Notes: a model not told the origin generated them from the letters alone. Numbered from the stretch's first letter, positions 20,898-33,321 are shown. The stretch is DNA of 64,000 bases from an uncultured Nitrospinota bacterium (GCA_963707985.1 CAVPRW010000005.1:1-64000); one strand, 5' to 3'. Numbers and translations: made by a program.

Positions 20898-23800
20898 GTC
20901 CCTCCACGCCGTTCATCCTGCGCCCGGTCGCCACCTCCTTGCTGATGGTGGCCATCCTGCTCGTGGGGGCCGTGGCGTATTATCAGCTCCCGGTGTCGGC
21001 GTTACCACAAGTCGACTATCCGACCATCCAGGTGATCACTTTCTATCCGGGAGCAAGCCCTGATGTGATGGCGTCGTCCATCACGGCGCCCCTTGAACGG
21101 CAGTTCGGCCAAGTCCCCGGCTTAAACCAGATGACGTCCACCAGCTCCGCCGGCAGTTCGGTAATCACGCTGCAATTCGCACTGGACCTCAATATCGACG
21201 TGGCCCAGCAGGATGTTCAGGCCTCCATCAACGCGGCCCTGCCGTACCTACCGACCGATCTTCCCAACCCGCCAATCTATAGCAAGATCAATCCCGCCGA
21301 CTCGCCAATCCTGACTCTCGCGCTCACCTCGAAGACGCTGCCATTGTCGAAAGTGCAAGATCTGACCGACACCCGCCTGGCCCAGAAGATCGCACAGTTG
21401 CCCGGCGTGGGCCGGGTGAGCATCAGCGGAGGACAGAAGCCGTCGGTGCGCATTCAGGCCAACCCCACCGCCCTGTCCTCGTATGGGCTGACGCTGGAAG
21501 ACCTGCGCTTGGCCGTGGCTCGGGCCAACGTGAATCAGGCCAAGGGCAGCTTCGACGGCAGCCGTCAGGCCTTTAGCATCGGGGCCAACGATCAGCTCCT
21601 GTCCAGCAGCGAGTACCGCCCGCTGATCATCACCACCCGAAACGGCGCGCCCGTGCGACTGTCCGACGTGGCGGACGTCATCGATGACGCCGAGAACGTG
21701 AAGCAAGCGGCCTGGGTCAACGACGTCCCGGCTGTCATTCTCAACATTCAGCGGCAGCCCGGCGCCAATATTATCAAGGTCTCCGACCGGGTCAAGGAGC
21801 TCTTGCCCAAGCTCAAGGCCTCGCTGCCCGCCTCGGTGGAGATGGCCATCCTGACCGACCGTACCACGACCATCCGCGCCTCCGTGCGCGATGTGGAATT
21901 CGAGTTAATGCTCACCATCGCGCTGGTGGTGATGGTGATGTTCCTCTTCGTGCGGACGATCGCTGCCACGGTGATCCCCAGCGTGGCCGTGCCCTTGTCG
22001 CTGGTGGGCACGTTCGGCGCCATGTATCTACTGGGATACAGCTTGAACAATCTGACGCTGATGGCGCTGACCATCGCCACCGGCTTCGTCGTCGATGATG
22101 CCATCGTGATGATCGAGAACATTGTGCGCTACATCGAAGAAGGTGAACCGGCGCTGCAGGCCGCCCTGAAAGGCGCCGAACAGATCGGCTTCACCATTCT
22201 GTCGCTGACGATCTCGCTCATTGCGGTGCTGATCCCGCTGCTCTTCATGGGCGATATCGTCGGTCGCCTCTTCCGCGAATTCGCTGTGACGTTGAGCGTC
22301 ACCATTCTGGTCTCGGCGGTCGTCTCACTGACGTTGACGCCCATGATGTGTTCGCGGATGTTGCGCCACAAGCCCGAATCGGAGCAAGGCTGGTTCTACC
22401 GTACCTCCGAGCATGCCTTCAATGCGATCATCAGACTGTACGGACGGACGCTGCGTTGGGTGCTCCGGCATCAGACCGCGACGCTTGCGGTCGCCGTCGT
22501 CACGCTCGGAGTCACGGTCTGGCTCTACATCCTGGTGCCCAAGGGCTTCTTCCCAGTGCAGGATACCGGGGTCATCCTGGGCATTTCCGAGGCGCCGCAG
22601 ACGGTGTCCTTCGGTGCTATGGCCGAACGCCAGCAGGAACTCGCCAAGGTGATCCTGGGCGACCCCGCCGTTGAGAGTTTATCGTCCTTCATCGGTATCG
22701 ATGGAACGAACACGACGGTGAACAGCGGGCGCATCCAGATCAACTTAAAGCCGCTCGAGGAGCGGCACATTCACGCCACCGAGATCATCCGCCGCCTGCA
22801 ACCGGAGCTCGCCAGGGTCGACGGCGTGACGCTCTACATGCAGGCAGTGCAGGATTTGACCGTCGAGGATCGCGTCAGCCGCACGCAATACCAGTACAGC
22901 CTGGAAGATCCCGATGCCCAAGAGCTGAGCCTGTGGACGTCCCGGCTAGTCAGCAAGCTACAGACGCTGCCACAGCTCCGTGACGTCGCCAGCGATGACC
23001 AAAATCTGGGATTACAGGCGCGTCTGATCATCGATCGCGATACGGCATCTCGTTTCGGCATCTCTCCACAGATGATCGATAGCGCGCTCTATGACGCCTT
23101 TGGCCAGCGTCAGATCTCGACCATGTTCACGCAATCGAACCAGTATCGGGTGGTGCTGGAAGTCCAGCCACAGTTCCAGGACGATTTACAAGACTTGCAG
23201 CATGTGTATCTGCGCTCCGCCTCAGGTGGACGGGTGCCGCTCAGTGCAATCACGCGTATCGAAACGACTACTGCTCCCCTGGTCATCAATCATCAGGGGC
23301 AGTTCCCGTCGGTCACCATCTCGTTCAATCTCGCCCCTGGCATCTCCCTGGGGGAGGCGGTGGAGGTCATTGATGCGGCGAAACAAGAGCTTGGCCTGCC
23401 TCCGAGCATCGTGTCGGGTTTTCAGGGCACGGCGAAAGCCTTCCAGGCCTCGCTGTCGAACCAACCGCTGCTCATTCTAGCCGCGCTGGTGACGGTCTAC
23501 ATCGTCCTGGGGGTGCTCTATGAAAGCTACATTCACCCCGCCACGATTCTCTCGACGCTGCCCTCGGCCGGCCTTGGTGCGCTCCTAGCGCTGATGGTCT
23601 GCCGCATCGATCTGAACGTGATCGCGCTGATCGGCATCATCCTGCTGATCGGCATCGTGGAAAAGAACGGCATCATGATCGTCGACTTCGCACTCGACGC
23701 CGAGCGCCAGGAAGGCAAGGCACCGCTCGACGCCATCTACCAGGCGTGTTTACTGCGCTTTCGCCCTATCCTCATGACCACCATGGCCGCGCTGTTGGCT

Positions 23801-24010
23801 GGCGTGCCCCTAGCCCTGGGCGGCGGCACCGGCGCGGAGTTGCGCCGCCCGCTAGGTATCACGATGATCGGCGGCCTGCTGGTCAGCCAGCTACTGACCT
23901 TGTTTACGACGCCGGTGATTTATCTCGCCTTCGACCGCCTGGCGAAGCGTCTAGGCAGGCGCCGCGGCCGCCGCTCTGTGCCGCAAGCCTCATCTGTGGA
24001 GGTGGTATGA
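20894..24010 (+). CDS. mdtB: RND transporter MdtB
   Basis: [28 protein letters not shown]. Confidence 0.92.
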   Translation: MSPSTPFILRPVATSLLMVAILLVGAVAYYQLPVSALPQVDYPTIQVITFYPGASPDVMASSITAPLERQFGQVPGLNQMTSTSSAGSSVITLQFALDLNIDVAQQDVQASINAALPYLPTDLPNPPIYSKINPADSPILTLALTSKTLPLSKVQDLTDTRLAQKIAQLPGVGRVSISGGQKPSVRIQANPTALSSYGLTLEDLRLAVARANVNQAKGSFDGSRQAFSIGANDQLLSSSEYRPLIITTRNGAPVRLSDVADVIDDAENVKQAAWVNDVPAVILNIQRQPGANIIKVSDRVKELLPKLKASLPASVEMAILTDRTTTIRASVRDVEFELMLTIALVVMVMFLFVRTIAATVIPSVAVPLSLVGTFGAMYLLGYSLNNLTLMALTIATGFVVDDAIVMIENIVRYIEEGEPALQAALKGAEQIGFTILSLTISLIAVLIPLLFMGDIVGRLFREFAVTLSVTILVSAVVSLTLTPMMCSRMLRHKPESEQGWFYRTSEHAFNAIIRLYGRTLRWVLRHQTATLAVAVVTLGVTVWLYILVPKGFFPVQDTGVILGISEAPQTVSFGAMAERQQELAKVILGDPAVESLSSFIGIDGTNTTVNSGRIQINLKPLEERHIHATEIIRRLQPELARVDGVTLYMQAVQDLTVEDRVSRTQYQYSLEDPDAQELSLWTSRLVSKLQTLPQLRDVASDDQNLGLQARLIIDRDTASRFGISPQMIDSALYDAFGQRQISTMFTQSNQYRVVLEVQPQFQDDLQDLQHVYLRSASGGRVPLSAITRIETTTAPLVINHQGQFPSVTISFNLAPGISLGEAVEVIDAAKQELGLPPSIVSGFQGTAKAFQASLSNQPLLILAALVTVYIVLGVLYESYIHPATILSTLPSAGLGALLALMVCRIDLNVIALIGIILLIGIVEKNGIMIVDFALDAERQEGKAPLDAIYQACLLRFRPILMTTMAALLAGVPLALGGGTGAELRRPLGITMIGGLLVSQLLTLFTTPVIYLAFDRLAKRLGRRRGRRSVPQASSVEVV

Positions 24011-27000
24011 ATATCTCGGCACTGTTCATCAACCGGCCCATCGGTACGACGCTATTGACCGTGGCCCTGGCACTCGTCGGCGCCGTTACCTACCAATTGT
24101 TGCCAGTGTCGCCGCTACCACAGGTGGAATTTCCGACCATCGAGGTGGGTGCGAACCTCCCCGGCGCCAGCCCTGAAACGATCGCCTCCGCCGTGACTAC
24201 ACCGCTCGAGCGCCAGCTCGGCCGCATTGCCGGGCTGAATGAAATGACGTCCATCAGCTATCTTGGCTCATCACGCATCACCTTGCAGTTCGACCTGAGC
24301 CGGAACATCGATGCTGCCGCGCGCGAGGTGCAAGCGGCGATCAACGCGGCGCGTGGGCAACTCCCCGCCAATCTGCCGAATAATCCCACGTACCGGAAAA
24401 CCAACCCAGCAGACTCACCCATCGTGATTTTGGCGCTCACCTCCGACGTGGTCGACAGGACCCGCATGTATGACCTGGCGTCGTCTATTCTGCAGCAGAA
24501 GCTATCCCAGGTGGAGGGCGTTGGACAGGTGCGCGTCGGGGGTGGGGCGCTGCCGGCCGTGCGGGTGGAGGTCAATCCCACCGTGCTGCAGAGTTACGGT
24601 CTGAGCCTGGAGGATGTGCGTGCAATGCTGAACAGTGCTAACGCCAACCGCCCGAAAGGGGAAATCACCAGCGGCAGTCGTACCTGGTCCCTGAGTACGA
24701 CGGACCAACTGATGAAGGCCGCGGAATACCAGCCGCTCATTTTGACACACGAGAACGGCAGGGCAGTGCGTCTGGGCGATGTCGCCAATGTCAGAGATTC
24801 GGTCGAAAACATTCGCAACAGTGGCCTGGTCAATGGGAAACCTGGGATTCTGCTCTTCGTCTACCGTCAGTCAGGAGCGAACATCATCGAGACCGTCGCG
24901 CGCGTGCGTGAGATCTTGCCGCAGTTGCAAGCTGACATCCCGCCCACCATCGCGCTGCAGGTGGGCAGCGATCGCACGACGACCATCCGCGCCTCGGTGC
25001 ACGAGGTGCAATTCACGTTGATGCTGTCCGTTGGTCTCGTCATCCTGGTGGTGTTCGTTTTTCTACGGGATGTACGCACCTCCATGATCCCATGCGTCGC
25101 GGTGCCGGTATCGCTGATCAGCACGTTCGCGGTGATGTATGCGCTGGGCTACAGTCTGAACAACCTGACCCTTATGGCGTTGACCATCGCCACCGGTTTT
25201 GTCGTCGATGACGCGATTGTCGTCATCGAAAATATCATGCGGCACCTTGAGCGAGGGATACCACCGCGAGAGGCGGCGCTGCGGGGCGCCAAAGAGATTG
25301 GCTTCACGGTGGTCTCCATCACCATGTCCCTCTTGGCGGTGTTCATTCCTATCCTCATGATGGGCGGGATCTTTGGGCGTCTGTTCCGGGAATTTGCTGT
25401 GACGCTCGCCGTTGCCGTGGGCGTGTCGCTGGTGGTCTCTCTCACCACCACGCCGATGATGTGCGCCGGGCTGCTTCGTGCCCAGAGCGAGGCGAGTCGT
25501 GGCCGACTCTATCGCGCCAATGAGTGGGTCTTCGCGAAAATCCTGCGCCTGTACGAGATCACCCTCGGCTGGGTTCTACGGCACCAGCCATTGATGCTGC
25601 TGGTAACGCTGACGACGATCGGCGTCAGTATTTACCTGTACGTGATCGTCCCCAAGGGTTTCTTTCCACAGCAGGACACGGGCATGATCATCGGCCAGAT
25701 TCAGGCCGACCAGAACAGCTCGTTCCAGGCGATGCGGGAGCGGCTCGAGCAATTCGCCAAGATCGTCGGCGAGGACCCGGCCGTGGCCTATGTCCAGGCG
25801 TTCACCGGTGGGTTCGCGGGATCAGGAAATGTCGGCCGCGTGTTCGTGACGCTGAAACCGCTGGAAGAGCGCCAGATCGCCGCGGATCAGGTGATTGCCC
25901 GGATGCGTGGCAAGCTCTCCCGCTTGTCCGGGGCCCGACTCTTCATGCAGGTGAACCAAGACCTGCGCATGGGCGGACGCCAAAGCGCCGCCCAGTACCA
26001 GTATACGTTGCAGGGCGACGATGTGCGAGAGCTCAATGAATGGGGTCCGCTCGTCCTGAACAAATTACGGACGCTACCGGAATTGACTGACCTCAACAGC
26101 GATCAGCAAGACCGTGGCCTTGAAGCATCGCTGGTGATCGACCGCGACACGGCGTCACGACTAGGCATCAGTACGGCAGCGATCGACAACACACTCTATG
26201 ATGCCTTCGGCCAGCGCCCGGTTTCCACCATGTATCGAGAGCTCAATCAGTACCGCGTCATCATGGAAGTAGGGCCGCAATTCTGGCAGAACCCCGATAG
26301 CCTCAAGTACATCCAGGTGAAGGCGGACAACGATACGCTGGTGCCGCTCAGCGCTTTTACGCACTATGCATCCTCCATGACACCGCTGGCGGTCAATCAC
26401 CAGGGACAGTTTCCAGCTGTCACCATGTCGTTCAATTTAGTCCCTGGCGTGGCGCTGGGAGAGGCGGTGACCAAAATCGAGCAAGCCATGCGCGAGATGG
26501 GTGTACCATCCACCATTCGCGGCAGCTTTCAGGGGATCGCCCAGGCGTTTCAAGATTCCCTCGCGAATCAGCCATTTCTGATCGCCGCGGCGCTGGTGAC
26601 GGTCTACATCGTGCTCGGCATCCTATATGAAAGCTTCATCCATCCGATCACCATCCTTTCCACGTTGCCGTCGGCAGGTGTCGGAGCGCTACTGGCGCTG
26701 CTCCTGACCAACACCGAGCTGAGCATCATCGCCCTCGTCGGCATCATCCTGCTCATCGGCATCGTGAAAAAGAACGCCATCATGATGATCGACTTCGCCA
26801 TCGACGCCGAGCGCAGCCAAGGTAAGCGCCCGGTGGAGGCCATTTTTCAGGCGTGTCTGTTGCGTTTCCGGCCAATCATCATGACCACCATGGCGGCGAT
26901 GTTGGGTGGCTTGCCCCTGGCGCTCGGCACCGGCACCGGATCGGAGTTGCGTTACCCGCTCGGCATCACCATCGTCGGTGGACTGATTTTCAGCCAGTTG

Positions 27001-27189
27001 CTGACCCTGTATACGACGCCGGTTGTCTACCTCTATCTCGATCGCTTGCGTGGCTGGTGTGCGGGACTAGGCCAGGGAGCCAAACGTCGCGAGGCGCTAG
27101 AGAATTTCGGGAATGGCAATGGGAGGGGAGGGTATGCTGTACCGCATCATGCACCGACGCAGCACATGGAAGAGGTACGTCATCCGTGA
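24007..27189 (+). CDS. mdtC: RND transporter MdtC
   Basis: [36 protein letters not shown] overlap with mdtB. Confidence 0.92.
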   Translation: MNISALFINRPIGTTLLTVALALVGAVTYQLLPVSPLPQVEFPTIEVGANLPGASPETIASAVTTPLERQLGRIAGLNEMTSISYLGSSRITLQFDLSRNIDAAAREVQAAINAARGQLPANLPNNPTYRKTNPADSPIVILALTSDVVDRTRMYDLASSILQQKLSQVEGVGQVRVGGGALPAVRVEVNPTVLQSYGLSLEDVRAMLNSANANRPKGEITSGSRTWSLSTTDQLMKAAEYQPLILTHENGRAVRLGDVANVRDSVENIRNSGLVNGKPGILLFVYRQSGANIIETVARVREILPQLQADIPPTIALQVGSDRTTTIRASVHEVQFTLMLSVGLVILVVFVFLRDVRTSMIPCVAVPVSLISTFAVMYALGYSLNNLTLMALTIATGFVVDDAIVVIENIMRHLERGIPPREAALRGAKEIGFTVVSITMSLLAVFIPILMMGGIFGRLFREFAVTLAVAVGVSLVVSLTTTPMMCAGLLRAQSEASRGRLYRANEWVFAKILRLYEITLGWVLRHQPLMLLVTLTTIGVSIYLYVIVPKGFFPQQDTGMIIGQIQADQNSSFQAMRERLEQFAKIVGEDPAVAYVQAFTGGFAGSGNVGRVFVTLKPLEERQIAADQVIARMRGKLSRLSGARLFMQVNQDLRMGGRQSAAQYQYTLQGDDVRELNEWGPLVLNKLRTLPELTDLNSDQQDRGLEASLVIDRDTASRLGISTAAIDNTLYDAFGQRPVSTMYRELNQYRVIMEVGPQFWQNPDSLKYIQVKADNDTLVPLSAFTHYASSMTPLAVNHQGQFPAVTMSFNLVPGVALGEAVTKIEQAMREMGVPSTIRGSFQGIAQAFQDSLANQPFLIAAALVTVYIVLGILYESFIHPITILSTLPSAGVGALLALLLTNTELSIIALVGIILLIGIVKKNAIMMIDFAIDAERSQGKRPVEAIFQACLLRFRPIIMTTMAAMLGGLPLALGTGTGSELRYPLGITIVGGLIFSQLLTLYTTPVVYLYLDRLRGWCAGLGQGAKRREALENFGNGNGRGGYAVPHHAPTQHMEEVRHP

Positions 27190-27278
27190 GGGTGACGCAG
27201 CGTCAGGTAGAGTAACACCCATCCTGCATGGCTAGGTTCGTCAAGCTACAGCACGCTTCTCGATCGAGAGGTGTCGCT

Positions 27279-27428
27279 TTGAAGCAAGGCGCGGAACTGC
27301 ACGGCCGCAACAACAGCGTCATCCAAATTCAGGGCAATGGAAACACCATCGTTCCCAGCCTCCCACATCTCACACTCACCCGCTATTTAACGCACCGCGG
27401 TCAGATAGCTTCGGAGGCCCATCTCCTG
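27279..27428 (+). pseudogene. N-terminal relic with Asn/Gly-rich amyloid-like motif, cut off by the TIR element
   Basis: GAGG then TTG start; GRNNSVIQIQGNGNTIVPSLPHLTLTRYL. Confidence 0.4.
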
Positions 27429-27861
27429 CAAACATGGCCACGACCTTGTTTACATCAGTGCTGAAAATTTTCCATATAAACGGTCGGCAGCGCCCGCGGG
27501 AAGGACAAGGAACCGCTCGCCCGCCAGCTCGGTGCGTCGGTCTACATCGACAGCGAGGCCCAGGACCCCGCGGCGGAACTCCTCACGCTGGGCGGCGCCC
27601 AGGTCATCCTGGCGACGGCGACCAGTGGAGCGGCGATGAGTGCCGTCCAGGGCGGCGTGGCCGAACCAGGCGCTGCAGCAGACCCGCCCGTTCCAGTGCC
27701 CTTGGTCATGCCTGGCTCTGGGGGCGGGCTGCTGCGCTTGGTCGTGAGGCATACAAAAGAGATGGTTTCATCACCCAAATACACGGTGTCACGGCGCTGG
27801 ACCAGCCTTCGCGAGTCGGCGGAATTCCCCATTGATGTAAACAAGGTCGTGGCCATGTTTG
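27429..27861. mobile_element. 433-bp non-autonomous element bounded by 29-30-bp perfect inverted repeats, carrying an alcohol-dehydrogenase fragment
   Basis: GCAAACATGGCCACGACCTTGTTTACATCA at 27428-27457, inverted at 27833-27862; CTCCTG direct repeat at 27423-27428 and 27862-27867. Confidence 0.65.
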
Positions 27862-28096
27862 CTCCTGAAAGGAGACATGCCACGGGAGTCCTCATGCCAA
27901 TCACGCGGGGGCTCGTCCTCTTGCCCGCGGTCCTCGCGCTCGCCCGGGTGGCCCATCTCGCCAGGATTCCGAATTGGAACGTCGACGATGGCCGCCTGGA
28001 CGTGCAGGTTTCGTCTCCTGGCACCCCGGGCACCGGCACCACCCCCGAAATGCACCATTCACCTATGGCCAAGCTCGTTTTTTTCCACGAAGGAGA

Positions 28097-29431
28097 ATGA
28101 TCATGTCCGCAGTAGCGTCATCACCCACCTGGCGCACCTTTCTTGTCACCTTAGTCGCCGCAGGTGCCTTCGGCCTTGTCCTGCTCACGGCCCCCAGCGA
28201 CGCGCAGACGGTTCCGTCCGCCGATGCCCAGGCCTCCGTCGGCGGCCTGGGCGCAGCGGTCGAAGACAACGCCGTCCGCCCCTTCCACATCAACGTTCCG
28301 GAAGAGGCACTCGTCGACCTCCGCCGACGCATAGCGGCGACACGGTGGCCTGACCGCGAGACAGTCAATGATCGATCCCAGGGCGTGCAGTTGGCGACGA
28401 TGCAAGAGCTCGTACGTTACTGGGGGACGGACTACGACTGGCGGATAGCCGAGGCGAAGCTGAATGCCTTGCCGCAGTTTGTGACTACGATCGATGGAGT
28501 CGACATTCAATTCGTGCACGTTCGATCGCGCTATCCCAACGCATTGCCGCTCATCATGACCCACGGCTGGCCCGGATCGGTGTTCGAACTGCTCAAGACC
28601 GTCGGCCCGCTCACGGATCCCACGGCTCATGGTGGACACGCGGAAGACGCCTTCGACCTGGTCATGCCTTCGATGCCCGGTTACGGCTTCTCAGGCGAGC
28701 CCAAAGGCACCGGTTGGGACCCCGACCACATCGCGCGAGCCTGGGCGGAGCTGATGAAGCGCCTCGGGTACACCCGCTACGTCGCCCAGGGCGGCGACTG
28801 GGGTGCCCCCATCTCCAGCGCGATGGCGCGCCAGGCGCCGGCAGGATTGCTCGGCATCCACATCAACTTGCCGGCGACGGTACCGCCCGAGGTGGCCGCG
28901 GTGCTCGCCGGCGGCGGACCCGCGCCGGCGGGACTTTCCGAGAAGGAGCGCGCGGCGTTCGAATCGCTCGACACGTTCTACAAGAAGCACAGGGCCTACT
29001 CCGTGATGATGGCCACGCGGCCGCAGACGATAGGCTACGCCTTGACGGATTCTCCAGCGGGGCTTGCCGCCTGGATGTATGACTACAATGGCGGCGAGCC
29101 CGAGCGCTTACTCACCAAAGACGAGATGCTGGACGACATCACACTGTACTGGCTGACGAACAGCGCGACCTCGTCAGCGCGGCTGTACTGGGAGAACAGC
29201 GGACGAGGCATTGTTGTTGCGGCTGCGCAGAAGACCGCCGAGATCTCCCTCCCGGTGGCCATCACGGTATTTGCGGAGGAGATCTATCGAGCCCCGGAGA
29301 CATGGGCCCGGCGCGCCTATCGCAACCTGATCTACTTCCACGAGGTCGATAAGGGCGGTCACTTCGCGGCGTGGGAGCAGCCGGAGCTCTTCAGTGCCGA
29401 GCTCCGAGCGGCGTTCCGATCGCTCCGCTAA
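28097..29431 (+). CDS. Epoxide hydrolase (EHN + alpha/beta hydrolase) with signal peptide
   Basis: THGWPGS, QGGDWG, GGHFAAWEQP; AGGAG RBS. Confidence 0.9.
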   Translation: MIMSAVASSPTWRTFLVTLVAAGAFGLVLLTAPSDAQTVPSADAQASVGGLGAAVEDNAVRPFHINVPEEALVDLRRRIAATRWPDRETVNDRSQGVQLATMQELVRYWGTDYDWRIAEAKLNALPQFVTTIDGVDIQFVHVRSRYPNALPLIMTHGWPGSVFELLKTVGPLTDPTAHGGHAEDAFDLVMPSMPGYGFSGEPKGTGWDPDHIARAWAELMKRLGYTRYVAQGGDWGAPISSAMARQAPAGLLGIHINLPATVPPEVAAVLAGGGPAPAGLSEKERAAFESLDTFYKKHRAYSVMMATRPQTIGYALTDSPAGLAAWMYDYNGGEPERLLTKDEMLDDITLYWLTNSATSSARLYWENSGRGIVVAAAQKTAEISLPVAITVFAEEIYRAPETWARRAYRNLIYFHEVDKGGHFAAWEQPELFSAELRAAFRSLR

Positions 29432-29546
29432 TCGTGGCCGGCCTGCCTGATTTGGGATTGCTTGTGATGACGCTTGTTCTGAACCCTGATCCGTGATTGC
29501 CAGATTACACATGGGTTCAATTCCGCCTATTGGAAGGAGGCACCGG

Positions 29547-30071
29547 ATGAGACGGATTGTTTTCGTGCTGGTTGCAGTTGCAGCGCTGGCCGGCGTGGCC
29601 GCCTACATGGCCCCCGCATCTGGACAGGCCGATGGAGAGGCCGCCCCGATCTTCGGAGTCAAAATCCCCGCCGGATATCGCGACTGGAGGTTGATCTCCG
29701 TGGCCCACGAAGAGGGCAACCTCAACGATCTGCGCGCCATTCTGGGCAACGACGTGGCGATCAAGGCCTCCCGGGAAGGGAACCCTCCGTTCCCGGACGG
29801 CACCATCATTGCCCGGCTCGCCTGGAGTTACGTCCCGTTGGAGGAGAGCGAAAAAGCCTTTGGCCGTCTCCAATCTTTCGTGGCTGGGCCACCCAAGAAC
29901 GGGGTTCAGTTCATGGTCAAGGACTCGAGAAAATACGCCTCGACCGGCGGCTGGGGGTTTGCTCAATTCAACGACGGCAAACCCGCCGACGAGGCGGTGC
30001 ACAACACCTGCTTTTCCTGCCACGAGACCGTCAAGGCTCGCGACTTTGTGTTCAACCGTTATGCACCTTAA
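29547..30071 (+). CDS. Cytochrome P460 / c'-beta family protein
   Basis: Signal peptide, PAGYRDW, FPDGTII, MVKDS, GGWGF, C-terminal CFSCH. Confidence 0.85.
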   Translation: MRRIVFVLVAVAALAGVAAYMAPASGQADGEAAPIFGVKIPAGYRDWRLISVAHEEGNLNDLRAILGNDVAIKASREGNPPFPDGTIIARLAWSYVPLEESEKAFGRLQSFVAGPPKNGVQFMVKDSRKYASTGGWGFAQFNDGKPADEAVHNTCFSCHETVKARDFVFNRYAP

Positions 30072-30116
30072 TACCGAGAATCATCCGATACTGCATACGA
30101 TCGTTGGAGAGAGAGC

Positions 30117-30767
30117 ATGGTCAAAGTGACATACAACAAGCAGCTCACTGCGCTTCTGGTGATCGATCCGTATAACGATTTCATTTCCGAGGGAGGGAAG
30201 GTCTGGGATCGCCTGAAGGATGTCGCGGAAGCGAATCGTTGTGTTCCTCATATGTTGCAGGTTCTGAATGCGGCGCGGAAGGCGGGGCTTCGCGTCTTCT
30301 ATGCGTTGCATCGTCGGTACCGTCCCGGCGACTACGAAACCTGGAAGTACATCGCGCCGATCCAGGAGGCAGCCTGGTCGCATAAGACCTTCGAAAACGG
30401 GACGTGGGGCGGCGAGATCCGCAGCGAATTCGCACCGCAACCGGGCGACATCGTGGCCCTCGAGCATTGGTGTTCCAGTGGCTTTGCCAACACCGATCTG
30501 GATTTGCAGCTCAAGAAGCATGGCATTCATCAGCTCATCGTCATCGGACTCATTGCGAACACCTGTGTGGAGGCAACGGTACGCTTCGCCGCTGAGCTAG
30601 GCTACCAGGTCACGGTGGTGAAAGACGCGACCGCGAGTTACTCGGATGAGGAGATGCACGCCGCTCTCGACGTCAATATCCCGAACTACGCCAGTGCCAT
30701 TGTGACCACAAATCAAGTCGTCGACTCGCTCTCTTCTGTCCAAACCTTAGGCATCAGTGCGCAGTAG
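30117..30767 (+). CDS. Isochorismatase-family cysteine hydrolase
   Basis: LLVIDPYNDF, ANTCVEAT. Confidence 0.88.
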   Translation: MVKVTYNKQLTALLVIDPYNDFISEGGKVWDRLKDVAEANRCVPHMLQVLNAARKAGLRVFYALHRRYRPGDYETWKYIAPIQEAAWSHKTFENGTWGGEIRSEFAPQPGDIVALEHWCSSGFANTDLDLQLKKHGIHQLIVIGLIANTCVEATVRFAAELGYQVTVVKDATASYSDEEMHAALDVNIPNYASAIVTTNQVVDSLSSVQTLGISAQ

Positions 30768-30835
30768 TTTTACGTGAGAGGAGTTAAGGGATGAGTCTTT
30801 CCACTTCGCCACGTTCGATCCAGTGCTTGCTGGTT

Positions 30836-31297
30836 AGCAGCCGGAGCTCTTCGCGGCCGAGCTGCGCGCGGCCTTCCGGCCACTGCGTTAGCGGGAGCGC
30901 GGGGGTAGGGCGCACGTGCGCGCCGCGCCCCCGCATGCGGTGCATGCGAGCATGGACGTGAAGCCCTTCGGAGCGAGCGATGTCGGAACGGATCAATCGT
31001 AAGCGCCAGCGCCTCGTCAGCCGGCTCGCCCTCGCCCTCACCGCTGCCCGTCTCGAACCCGTGGGCGCCGCCATGGAGCAGCTTGCGTGCGCCGCTCGGC
31101 CGCTGGCCGGCGGCGGCGATCTGCAGAAGCACCGGATACTCGTCCAAGCGGAACCGAACAAGCAGCTGCCGGAGGTCAGAGGCAATCGGGTGCAGCGGCA
31201 GCAGGTGCTCCTCAACTTGATCATGAACGCCATTGACGCGATGGCGGCGAAAGATGAGCCGCGGATCCTGAGCATCCGGTCGCAGACATGGCCATGA
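30836..31297 (+). pseudogene. Gene debris: 3' tip of a second epoxide hydrolase and a HATPase fragment
   Basis: QPELFAAELRAAFRPLR* (30838-30891); VRGNRVQRQQVLLNLIMNAIDAM (~31175-31245). Confidence 0.6.
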
Positions 31298-31603
31298 CAT
31301 CCTTTACGCCGGTGGGGAATTGCGCCGACTTATCCGGTCGGCACCACCTCAAAGAGCAGCAACTGCGGTGTTGGGGGCGCCGCTGGAGCGCGTCTCCTGG
31401 CCCGGGCGCGATAGACGACCACGGAATCTTGGGGTGTCAACGGGAGCAGAGTGCCTTACGGTGACGCAAAGCGTATCGGGTGAAAGACCGCCTGACGCAC
31501 ATCCTTAGCCACATGGCGGCCTATGTCACCCTGGGCCGGGGCCTTGGCCGGACCACGATTGAAGAAGCAATTGACGAGGCAAAGGAGGCTTTGAGACGGC
31601 AAA

Positions 31604-31789
31604 GAGTATGCTGATACCCAGGCCACGTTCCGCTCCCAACTGAAAAAGGCGCTTGCGGAAGATCCCCAGCTGCTGGCTGAGTTAGGGAGTCTGATGACAG
31701 AAATCGAGCGTGAGAGCGTCGGAGTTAAGCAAAATATTGCCATCACCGGCTCGGGAAATACGGTGGAGCTACCGGGCAAGAGAGCTTAA
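31604..31789 (+). pseudogene. C-terminal relic of a small helical (Bell-like) protein with amyloid-like tail
   Basis: Hand translation: DTQATFRSQLKKALAEDPQLLAEL...VKQNIAITGSGNTV; no start codon found. Confidence 0.4.
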
Positions 31790-31959
31790 CTGGAGGGGAC
31801 TGGGTAAAGAGCGGATTCCCTGGCGCAACAGCAGCAAAAGACCAGGGTTGTTGATCGCCCAGGGTTTTCCTGAGCGGTAAAGTGTGGCATAATGCGGAGC
31901 ACCGTGCATCGCTGTAGGTCATGCGCCACGGGAACTTCTCTGCGAAGTCGGAGGTTCAA

Positions 31960-33244
31960 ATGCTCAATTTTAGCGACAACGAACTCCTCACCCGGACCGG
32001 TTCGGGAACACCGATGGGCGAGTTGTTTCGCCGCTTCTGGCATCCGGTGCTGCTGGCAGAGGAACTGCCGGAACCGGATGGGACCCCGGTGCGGTTGCGG
32101 GTGCTCAGTGAAGACTTGGTAGCCTTCCGTGATACCGATGGTGCGATCGGCATCGTTGACGCTTTCTGCCCACACCGCCGGGCTGGGATGTTCTTCGGTC
32201 GTAACGAAGAGTGCGGGCTGCGTTGCGTCTATCACGGCTGGAAATTCGACGTGCAGGGCAACTGCGTGGATATGCCGACCGAACCCCGAGACTCGACCTT
32301 CAGAGACAAGGTGACGATCAAGGCCTATCCGACCGCGGAATACGGCGGGTGTATCTGGATCTACATGGGCCCGCCCGACAAACAGCCCGCCCTACCAGCG
32401 CTGGAGTGGGCGCGGGTCCAGGACACGCAGCGCGTCGTGTCGCGCTGGATCCAGGAATGCAACTACATGCAAGCGTTGGAGGGCGAGATCGACTCTGCTC
32501 ACGTGTCCTGGCTGCATGCGCCGCTACAGGTGGAGAACAGCCCGTTCCGTGGCCGCTTCAACGATTCGATTATCCGAGATGGCGCGCCGAAGCTTACCGT
32601 TAAGCCGACGGACTACGGGTTCTGCTATGGGGCCCGCCGGGACGCCGACAGGGGTGAGTACTACTGGCGTGTCACCCAGTGGCTACTCCCCACCTTCAGC
32701 CTCATTCCTGCCCATGGCTTCCCGCGTGGCGGCCGCTGCTGGATCCCCATCGATGATTCCCATATCTCCGTCATTCAGTACAACTACCACCCCGAACGCC
32801 CACTGACGGAGGCCGAGGTGCAGCGGGGCAAGAACAGCCCGGAGGTCCAGCCAGCCCGCTACCGCTTGCCTGATGGGATGATCATCGATATCTGCCGCGA
32901 CGTCCGCAACGCCGACAACGATTATCTCATCGACCGAGACATGCAGCGTACCCAGAACTTCACCGGTATCCCGGTTATCCGCACGCAGGATACGGCTATG
33001 ACCGAGAGCATGGGAGGGATCGTCGACCGCAGCCAGGAGCACCTGGGGACCACGGACGTGGCAGTCATCGCCGCCCGCCGCCGCCTGATCAACATGGCCC
33101 GTGACTTGGAAGAGGGCATTGAGCCTGTGGCAGGCACTCCACCCGGACATCTACAACGTGCGTGCCGTCGACATGGTCTGCCCGGAGGACGACTTTCTCC
33201 GCTTCATGGACCTCTATGCCGAGGAGGCGGTTGGCAAAGTCTAG
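31960..33244 (+). CDS. Rieske non-heme iron oxygenase alpha subunit (phthalate 4,5-dioxygenase/LigX-like); frameshift near 33130
   Basis: CPHRR...CVYHGW, EGEIDSAHVSWLH, QDTAMTE; natural-looking C-terminus HPDIYNVRAV...GKV* in the shifted frame. Confidence 0.85.
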
Positions 33245-33321
33245 ACCCTCCGTCATTCGTTTCATCCACTTGGCTGTGGTAAGATGGAGCGTCAGAGTGT
33301 CCCCTACCAAGGAGTATTGCC

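Noticed and set aside
23746..24006. N-terminal extension of MdtC in the ORF track
   Set aside because: Overlaps mdtB; the real start is ATG 24007.
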